From the UHGV virus genome UHGV-0007810: 41,346 nt of DNA. The stretch is one strand, 5' to 3'. Position 1 is the first letter of the stretch; every line of letters starts with the position of its first letter. The notes below the pieces were generated by a model. The model saw only the letters and a program-made list of their open reading frames with translations, did not search any database and was not told where the DNA came from. This document shows positions 28,085-34,481 of the stretch, one piece after another. Origin of the DNA: a virus. The translations under genes and the position numbers were made by a program.

Positions 28085-30559
28085 ATGAGACAGGAATGTA
28101 TACAAGCGGTCCAGCAGGCGGCGCAGCGCACGTTAACGGCGCGAGAAATACAGAACATTGAAGACCGCATTTATCGAAATATGCGCTCCATTGCTCGTGA
28201 TGACCCGATGTCGTGGCGACAACTTTCCGAATCAGAACGGTTGTATCGTGCAGCACAATTGGCATCTGAAGAATTACAGCGAGAAGCGGCATTAAAGAAA
28301 CGTCGTGTGGCTCTCACTATAGCCGCACGTCAGAGATTGGATAAATTTATCAATAGCTATCAAGGGGCTGATGGGAAACTTGGCGCTCTTAACCGTACTA
28401 TTGCTTTTAATGCAGACGGTAAATCGAATTTCCTCTCTGTTGAGTCCAGAACAAAAGCCACTCGTGATTATGCATTGAGTCAATTGCAGGAGGCATTCGA
28501 AGCAGTTGATCCTCGCTTTTTTGGCCTGTTTGAAGATGAAGCGGGCGTGCGTGACCTGGTATATGAAATGCGAGGGCAAAATACTGGCAATGCTAAAGCA
28601 AGAAAAGGTGCTAAGGCGTGGAGAGAAGTGACAGATCTACTCCGCCGCCGGTTTAATGATGCTGGTGGGGACATTGGCTATCTCGAAAACTGGGGGATCC
28701 CTCAACATCATTCTATGGAAAAGGTTGGGGCGGTATCAAAAGATAAATGGGTTAGCGATGTTATAGGTAAGCTGGATCGCAAATATTATACCCGAGCCGA
28801 TGGACAACTGATGAACGATGCCGAGTTGTCTGCATTTCTTGGAGAGGCTTATAACACGATCGCTACTGGTGGGCTGAATAAGCTTACTGATACCGGAATG
28901 CGAATTTCCGGCGCACGTGCTAACCGTGGTAATGCATCACGACAGATACATTTCAAAGATGCAGATTCCTATCTGCAATATCAGCAACTTTATGGCGATC
29001 GCTCTCTATGGGAAATCATGGTCGGTCACCTGGAAGGTATCAGTAAAGATATTGCTCTGGTGGAAACATATGGTCCAAACCCCGATCATGTTTTCCGCTC
29101 CCTTCTTGATCAGGTTAAGGCAGAAACGGCAACAGCTAACCCGAGTAAAACCGGTAGCGTCGAGCGTCTGGCGAACAAAACAGAGAACTTGTACAACTTT
29201 ATTTCCGGAAAAACACAGCCTGTAGCGAATCCCCACATCGCGCGATGGTCTGACAATATCCGCAACTGGCTGGTTGCCAGCAGACTCGGATCCGCGTTGC
29301 TGTCATCGTTCTCTGATCTTGGAACCATGTATCTGTCTGCGAAGGTTACCAACCTTCCAATGAACCAGTTATTTCGCAACCAGCTTGAAGCTATGGACCC
29401 AACGAACCGTACTGAGCTTGCGCGGGCGCGCCGCGCTGGCCTGGCGATGGAATCTCTACTTGGCAGCGTTAACCGCTGGGCGATGGATAATATGGGGCCG
29501 TCTGTGTCTCGTTGGGCGGCAACGGCGGTAATGCGTGCCAGTGGGCTTACAGCATGGTCAGATGCGCACAAGCGCGCCTATGGCGTAACCATGATGGGAA
29601 GCCTGGGAGAAGTAGTGTCACGGACACCAGACCTTCGTAGCCTCGATGACTCTGATTTTCGTATCCTGAAAAGTAAAGGGATTACTGACACAGACTGGAG
29701 CGTATGGAAGCTGGCGCAACAGGAGGACTGGGGGAACGGTAATAATACGATGCTGACACCGGAAAGCATTATGCGTATCCCTGATTCAGCAGTTAAACAT
29801 CTTGGTGAGCCTGAACGCGTGAAATTTGAGGCAATGCGTAAACTGCTCGGTGCCGTAACTGAAGAAGTTGATATGGCTGTTATTACACCGGGCGCACGTG
29901 AGCAGATGTTCGTAGGGTCTGGTCTTCAGCGTGGAACATGGAAAGGTGAATTAACGAGAAGTGTTTTCCTGTTTAAATCGTTCCCTATCTCGGTTGTTAT
30001 GCGTCACTGGTCACGCGCTATGGGTATGCCGTCTGCTGGTGGGCGTGCAGCATATATAGCAACGTTTTTAGCAAGCACAACCATGCTTGGTGCTCTTTCC
30101 ATGCAGATTACTGATCTTATTAATGGGAGAAATCCAAAGGAAATGACCGGTGACCACATGGTTAAATTCTGGATAAATGCATTTTTAAAAGGTGGCGGGG
30201 CTGGGTTGTACGGTGATTTTCTTTTCTCTGACCACACTAGGTACGGGAGCGGCGCGCTGGCGTCGATGCTTGGCCCGGTAGCTGGTCTGGTTGATGATGT
30301 AGTGAAGATTACTCAGGGCATACCGTTAAATGCTGTGGAAGGGAAGAGTGAGCAGACTGGTGGTGATCTGGTGAAGCTGGGGAAAGGTTTGATGCCTGGT
30401 GCGAATCTCTGGTACTTGAAGGCGGCTCTCGATCACATGATCTTTAACCAGATGCAGGAGTATTTTTCACCAGGTTATTTGCGTAAAATGGAGCAACGTT
30501 CGAAGAAAGAGTTTAACCAGACATACTGGTGGCGACCACAGGATGTCACTCCGCAATAA
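28085..30559 (+). CDS. Internal virion / ejection protein (T7 gp16-position)
   Basis: 824 aa; last and largest of the ejection-protein block; hydrophobic stretch near residues 640-680. Confidence 0.55.
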   Translation: MRQECIQAVQQAAQRTLTAREIQNIEDRIYRNMRSIARDDPMSWRQLSESERLYRAAQLASEELQREAALKKRRVALTIAARQRLDKFINSYQGADGKLGALNRTIAFNADGKSNFLSVESRTKATRDYALSQLQEAFEAVDPRFFGLFEDEAGVRDLVYEMRGQNTGNAKARKGAKAWREVTDLLRRRFNDAGGDIGYLENWGIPQHHSMEKVGAVSKDKWVSDVIGKLDRKYYTRADGQLMNDAELSAFLGEAYNTIATGGLNKLTDTGMRISGARANRGNASRQIHFKDADSYLQYQQLYGDRSLWEIMVGHLEGISKDIALVETYGPNPDHVFRSLLDQVKAETATANPSKTGSVERLANKTENLYNFISGKTQPVANPHIARWSDNIRNWLVASRLGSALLSSFSDLGTMYLSAKVTNLPMNQLFRNQLEAMDPTNRTELARARRAGLAMESLLGSVNRWAMDNMGPSVSRWAATAVMRASGLTAWSDAHKRAYGVTMMGSLGEVVSRTPDLRSLDDSDFRILKSKGITDTDWSVWKLAQQEDWGNGNNTMLTPESIMRIPDSAVKHLGEPERVKFEAMRKLLGAVTEEVDMAVITPGAREQMFVGSGLQRGTWKGELTRSVFLFKSFPISVVMRHWSRAMGMPSAGGRAAYIATFLASTTMLGALSMQITDLINGRNPKEMTGDHMVKFWINAFLKGGGAGLYGDFLFSDHTRYGSGALASMLGPVAGLVDDVVKITQGIPLNAVEGKSEQTGGDLVKLGKGLMPGANLWYLKAALDHMIFNQMQEYFSPGYLRKMEQRSKKEFNQTYWWRPQDVTPQ

Positions 30560-30568
30560 GGAAGTGTT

Positions 30569-30742
30569 GTGTTTTTAATTATTTTGAGTGTGATAATTTC
30601 TGGTGGATTGTTATTTATTGACCGCTACAAATATTTTCTTAACCCTCAGACTCAAGCTATTTGCTGGTTCATCTTTGTTGTGCAGGGAGTAGTTCTTGTT
30701 GCAAGCCTTATTGAGGGGAGGCCTCTTATTTTTACTGGGTAA
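30569..30742 (+). CDS. Small membrane protein (57 aa, two predicted TM helices)
   Basis: Not in the ORF track; hand-translated from GTG 30569 (AAGGAAG 5 nt upstream): MFLIILSVIISGGLLFIDRY...AICWFIFVVQGVVLVASLI.... Confidence 0.35.
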   Translation: MFLIILSVIISGGLLFIDRYKYFLNPQTQAICWFIFVVQGVVLVASLIEGRPLIFTG

Positions 30743-30755
30743 ATTAGGTGACTAC

Positions 30756-31052
30756 ATGCAAGCTATAGGATTCATTGTTTATATCGTCGTTGGTCTTTTT
30801 CAGTTGGCAGCAATTATGGCTGGGCTTGAATCATGGTGGGGATTGCACTGGATAATTGCAGCCCCCATTGCTTTCATCGTGAGCTATATTCCATTTGTTG
30901 GAGCGATTGTTGGTATGGTTGGCGCTGTGGATGTATGGCGGTGGGAGTGGTGGCAGGCTGGCCTTCTCTTCTTTGGTGGGATCATCTTTGCTATTGTCTG
31001 CGGTGGAATGTCATCATTTTTCGAACGGCTATCATTCAGAAAAGGAACGTGA
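30756..31052 (+). CDS. Membrane protein (about 98 aa, three predicted TM helices)
   Basis: ATG 30756 with AGGTGA upstream; hydrophobic throughout; stop codon lies inside the 12-bp palindrome at 31049. Confidence 0.5.
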   Translation: MQAIGFIVYIVVGLFQLAAIMAGLESWWGLHWIIAAPIAFIVSYIPFVGAIVGMVGAVDVWRWEWWQAGLLFFGGIIFAIVCGGMSSFFERLSFRKGT

Positions 31053-31060
31053 CATGTCAC
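31049..31060. repeat. Perfect 12-bp palindrome GTGACATGTCAC (copy 3 of 3)
   Basis: Exact; directly abuts the terminator hairpin at 31061-31085. Confidence 0.8.
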
Positions 31061-31085
31061 AGGCCGCTTTCGCGGCCTTGTTTTT
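31061..31085 (+). terminator. Rho-independent terminator after the membrane-protein gene
   Basis: AGGCCGC-TTTC-GCGGCCT followed by TGTTTTT. Confidence 0.65.
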
Positions 31086-31245
31086 AACGAATGCCACCGC
31101 CACCCGGGCGGGAATCCGCAGAACGCCCACCGCAGCGGGAGCCGTCAGCGGCAGTATCGCTGTCGTGCTGACAACGACCGGCAAAGGCCTGAGTTGAAGC
31201 TACCAGAGACAACAAAACGAACAGTGCAGCAAATGCTTTTTTCAT
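31084..31245 (-). CDS. Possible small secreted peptide (53 aa with signal-peptide-like N-terminus)
   Basis: MKKAFAALFVLLSLVASTQAFA followed by a 31-aa Cys-containing tail; GC-rich segment, and the opposite strand also has an ORF, so coding status is uncertain. Confidence 0.3.
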   Translation of the reverse strand: MKKAFAALFVLLSLVASTQAFAGRCQHDSDTAADGSRCGGRSADSRPGGGGIR

Positions 31246-31313
31246 TGTGAAATTTCCATCTATAATCCACCTCAATGTGGCGTCAATGAGTGTAGCACTG
31301 ACTTTTGTTTCGT

Positions 31314-31338
31314 CCACAAAAAAGCCCGCGGCGCGGGC
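31314..31338 (-). terminator. Rho-independent terminator after the AT-rich gene
   Basis: GCCCGCG / CGCGGGC stem with an 8-nt A-run on the + strand (T-run on the - strand). Confidence 0.6.
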
Positions 31339-31884
31339 TTATTCCTTCCATTTATCAGAAAAAAGATCTTCTTCTAAAGGCATTGGTTCTGTTTTTGTTT
31401 TCTCAAAGAATTGATAACTGATAGTGATTGCTGCCTCTTTAAACTCTTCTTGCTCAGTTATGTTGTGGGCATCTGCGTCAACAAAAAACATAACCAGCGC
31501 ATCACGATTGTGATTTACCGAATAAACTAAAAAGCAATTACTTGTTGGTATGCATTTTACTTGCACAGACGCTATTTTTTTCCATGCATCCCAAGATGAT
31601 TTTTTACCAGTGTGTTTTTTATCACTATCTTCTGGAATATAGTCTTGGTTATCGACATGAGTATGCCTGACATTTAGTTTAAGCATTTCTGTCGGACGAG
31701 CAAATGCAGCATCTTTACCAAGAGATGGATGGTATCCCGTTTTCCAATACTGGGTAAAGGCATCAGATACTTTCTTCAGCTCAAGATCAGATGCACAAAG
31801 GGCCGAGAAATTTTGCGTATGCAATACTCGACCCTTATATCTGACAATTTGATTTTTATCATTCTGCGACGCAGACGAACTCAT
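31339..31884 (-). CDS. Hypothetical protein with possible YafO-like toxin domain (AT-rich moron)
   Basis: About 181 aa from ATG 31884 (AAGGAAA 5 nt upstream); visibly AT-rich relative to the surrounding DNA; GYHPSLGKDAAF...VRHTHV...FLVYSV resembles YafO-family toxins as recalled (unverified). Confidence 0.55.
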   Translation of the reverse strand: MSSSASQNDKNQIVRYKGRVLHTQNFSALCASDLELKKVSDAFTQYWKTGYHPSLGKDAAFARPTEMLKLNVRHTHVDNQDYIPEDSDKKHTGKKSSWDAWKKIASVQVKCIPTSNCFLVYSVNHNRDALVMFFVDADAHNITEQEEFKEAAITISYQFFEKTKTEPMPLEEDLFSDKWKE

Positions 31885-32038
31885 AATTTTCCTTATTGTT
31901 ACGAGAATCAAAGAAAGCGCGGGATACGCGACTTGCGTGATCTTTTGTCATAGTAACTTTTACGCACTCTACGCTTCCATTGAAAGAACGTCTTGCGGCA
32001 GCTTGCGCTCTACGCATCTGCAATTTTTCGTTTCGCAT
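31859..32038 (-). CDS. Hypothetical small basic protein (59 aa) upstream of the YafO-like gene
   Basis: Not in the ORF track; hand-translated MRNEKLQMRRAQAAARRSFNGSVECVKVTMTKDHASRVSRAFFDSRNNKENYEFVCVAE; GAGGT Shine-Dalgarno 7 nt upstream; overlaps the downstream gene by 26 nt. Confidence 0.3.
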   Translation of the reverse strand: MRNEKLQMRRAQAAARRSFNGSVECVKVTMTKDHASRVSRAFFDSRNNKENYEFVCVAE

Positions 32039-32098
32039 GACATTACCTCATATCTCATAAGTTCATTACACGGATTAATAAAAATGAAACCAATCCGT

Positions 32099-32113
32099 TT
32101 ACCCTTGAGGTAA
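32099..32113. promoter_or_regulatory. Operator-like palindrome TTACCCTTGAGGTAA
   Basis: Exact; in the promoter region of the leftward small-ORF / YafO-like unit. Confidence 0.55.
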
Positions 32114-32161
32114 TAGTACGCTATTCACCCACAGTCTGCAATCTGTACAGAATTATTTAAA

Positions 32162-32177
32162 GGCACATCCCTGTGCC
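32162..32177 (-). terminator. Terminator-like hairpin after the Bro-N gene
   Basis: GGCACA-TCCC-TGTGCC 9 nt beyond the stop, followed on the - strand by a T/A-rich stretch. Confidence 0.35.
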
Positions 32178-32185
32178 GCCGCCCG

Positions 32186-32881
32186 TCAGAAGAACCCTGC
32201 CTTGTCGTTGATGTACTCCGCGTGCGTCTGGATATCACGCAGGCATTTGCTCACACCGACGATGTAGCAGAACATGGTGGTCAGCTCCGCCGCCGCGCCC
32301 GATACGTCGTGCCCGTCGTCCTGTAACTGGTTCAGCAGATTCATCAGCAGTGAGTTCTCCGTCAGGCCGAGAACACCAGACGGCGAATGAATCAGGCTGC
32401 GGTAGCCGGGCTTCAGTGGGGCACTGTAGGTTTTGTTCTCTATCTTCATCGCCTGCATCACTGCTGATGCTGTGGCGTTGGCTACCTGGTCGGCAACCAT
32501 CTTTATGCGCTCTTCCTGCGGGAGCGAGTTTTTAATGTAACTTCCGGTGCGGCGGATCTGAGGAAGAACCTCACCTGTAACCCATTTACGAAAGCGGTAT
32601 GGGATAGTGCCTGGTGTCACTGCGTCGCGGCAGCGGAGGATCAGTGTGTAGAGGCCTGACTCGGAGATGATGATCGATTCTTGCTCACCGCCAGGGGTGT
32701 CGGTTGAAGCGACGCCCTTCTCATCATCATCAAGTTTTCGAACAGCATCTCGATGGTTTGCTATGCCTATAGCCCGACAAACATCTGAAGCGATAAACCA
32801 TGGCTCACCATTAATGACGATTACTCGTATATCGGCTTGGGATTCGAAAGAAAAAATGGACGTGCTTTTTGTAGCTGTCAT
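32186..32881 (-). CDS. Bro-N domain protein (antirepressor-like), C-terminal domain paralogous to 34029..34286
   Basis: 231 aa; N-terminal FESQADIRVIVINGEPWFIASDVCRAIGIANHRDAVRKL is a classic Bro-N signature; C-terminal ~70 aa align with the small LexA-box gene product. Confidence 0.75.
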   Translation of the reverse strand: MTATKSTSIFSFESQADIRVIVINGEPWFIASDVCRAIGIANHRDAVRKLDDDEKGVASTDTPGGEQESIIISESGLYTLILRCRDAVTPGTIPYRFRKWVTGEVLPQIRRTGSYIKNSLPQEERIKMVADQVANATASAVMQAMKIENKTYSAPLKPGYRSLIHSPSGVLGLTENSLLMNLLNQLQDDGHDVSGAAAELTTMFCYIVGVSKCLRDIQTHAEYINDKAGFF

Positions 32882-33150
32882 AGTGGTTACCTTTTAGTCA
32901 GGTTAATCACCACTACCGACGCCAATCGGTTGGTGGTGAACTGTGCAGGGTTGGCGTAACCGGCTAAAAGGACCCGGCGCACCTTTCGGTGCCCCCACAC
33001 AGCCCACCATAATACGAATGTGGCCGTGCTATACGCATAAAAAAACCGCTTGCGCGGTGAATGCGCCTTTTAGTAATCCGGGACGCCAATCCCGGCACTG
33101 GATTTTGCCAGTGCCCGATTACTATGGCACAAGAGGAGTGCAATGTAAAT

Positions 33151-33165
33151 TTACCGCAAAGGTAA
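33151..33165. promoter_or_regulatory. Operator-like palindrome TTACCGCAAAGGTAA
   Basis: Exact; in the divergent region between the Bro-N gene and the zinc-ribbon gene. Confidence 0.55.
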
Positions 33166-33243
33166 TGATAAACGCGGAGAAATATTAAAATCAACCGCAT
33201 TTGGTTGATTGCGTTTAACGCTTGATCACCTGAAAGCAAGATA

Positions 33244-33258
33244 TTACCTTTAAGGTAA
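33244..33258. promoter_or_regulatory. Operator-like palindrome TTACCTTTAAGGTAA
   Basis: Exact; 20 nt upstream of the ATG at 33279. Confidence 0.55.
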
Positions 33259-33278
33259 TGTTATTGTGAGGAAAAGCA

Positions 33279-34007
33279 ATGGAAGTTTTCTGGATAGTTG
33301 TTGGTGTTGTTACGGTGATTATTTACGTTATCAACCAGAACAGGACTAAGGTCTCTGATCGCACAGTCGTTAATCATCGCAAAACGATAAAGACCGAAGA
33401 TGGAGAAATAACGATTAATCGTACACAGGTGATAGACCACACCTCCACTCAGTTTCAAAAAACTGGAGGTAATGCGCCTAATATTTCCGCACCTCCTGCT
33501 TATGATAGTGCGGTAATCCAGACATATTATAAACAGCAGGAGTTAGCAAAAGAGAGGCAACTGATTCAGCCAAAGCCATTTACAGCAGAGCTTCCACCTG
33601 GAGTGTCAACGCGTCCGGCATATCATGGAAGATTCCCTGGTGATGACATATCGTCTCAGTCATCTAAAAAAGCACCTCAGGCAGTATCAGAGCCAGCAAG
33701 AATACCTTCTGTATCGCCGCCAAAAGAAGAATCAGCTAACAGAGTTTCAAGTGGTAGCAAGCAGTGCTTGCGATGCAGAATAAACCTTCCATATGAAAAA
33801 TTCAGGAAATCGTCAAAAAATCCAGATGGATTGACTAAGTGGTGTGCAAGGTGTCTCGATGGTCCAAAGAATACACGCCATATGAAGTGGTGCCCAATTT
33901 GTAATGTCCGCAGAAAACGAACCAGCTTTTACCCTAATAATCAAAATGCGGATGGCTTAATGGCATGGTGCAAAACGTGCTGGGACGAGCACAAAGCGAA
34001 ACGATAG
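33279..34007 (+). CDS. Membrane-anchored protein with tandem C-x2-C ... WC-x2-C zinc-ribbon-like repeats
   Basis: 242 aa; N-terminal TM helix (FWIVVGVVTVIIYVI), Pro/Ser-rich linker, two repeats CLRCR...DGLTKWCARC and CPICN...DGLMAWCKTC. Confidence 0.6.
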   Translation: MEVFWIVVGVVTVIIYVINQNRTKVSDRTVVNHRKTIKTEDGEITINRTQVIDHTSTQFQKTGGNAPNISAPPAYDSAVIQTYYKQQELAKERQLIQPKPFTAELPPGVSTRPAYHGRFPGDDISSQSSKKAPQAVSEPARIPSVSPPKEESANRVSSGSKQCLRCRINLPYEKFRKSSKNPDGLTKWCARCLDGPKNTRHMKWCPICNVRRKRTSFYPNNQNADGLMAWCKTCWDEHKAKR

Positions 34008-34030
34008 GCCGCTCTAGCGGCCTTTTCTTT
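34006..34030. terminator. Bidirectional terminator-like hairpin between convergent genes
   Basis: AGGCCGC-TCTA-GCGGCCT followed by TTTCTTT. Confidence 0.55.
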
Positions 34031-34286
34031 ATGTGGTTTGTTTTCGTAATTGTTCGGCACAATAGTCGAGATGTGTTTGCAAATCCTGCATAGACATCTG
34101 TGAGCTGGTGACGTAGTTAATCAGTGCAGTCAGTTCGGCAAGTGGGCCATCGACATTAAATCCATCCTTATCGAGATCCCGGAGTAATTTCATCAAGTGC
34201 GATCCCTCCACCAGTGACCTGACGCCTCCCGGCGTGTGAATCCTTTCGGTAAATCCGTCTTCCAGTGGATAGTGATACTGCTGCAT
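34029..34286 (-). CDS. Small protein behind a LexA box (candidate SOS-induced antirepressor)
   Basis: About 85 aa from ATG 34286 (GGAG 8 nt upstream); homologous to the Bro-N protein C-terminus; consensus LexA box 22-37 nt upstream of the start. Confidence 0.6.
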   Translation of the reverse strand: MQQYHYPLEDGFTERIHTPGGVRSLVEGSHLMKLLRDLDKDGFNVDGPLAELTALINYVTSSQMSMQDLQTHLDYCAEQLRKQTT

Positions 34287-34307
34287 CTTATCTTCTCCAT
34301 GCAATAA

Positions 34308-34323
34308 CTGTATATTTATACAG
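34308..34323. promoter_or_regulatory. LexA (SOS) box
   Basis: CTGTATATTTATACAG with flanks AA...TA; matches CTGT-N8-ACAG and the consensus TACTGTATATATATACAGTA at 18 of 20 positions. Confidence 0.7.
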
Positions 34324-34362
34324 TATCAAATAATTTGTTTGCTATCCAGCACGTTTTGCAAA

Positions 34363-34377
34363 TTACCCGAAAGGTAA
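34363..34377. promoter_or_regulatory. Operator-like palindrome TTACCCGAAAGGTAA
   Basis: Exact; between the LexA-box promoter and the tail-fibre gene. Confidence 0.55.
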
Positions 34378-34481
34378 TATCTGTTCATATTCACAGTCTT
34401 TCTATCCATATGTGGTTTTTCAGGTAATAGAATAACCAGATATGCGGCGCAACGGGTGCTGCGACTATCTGGAGATTTAAC

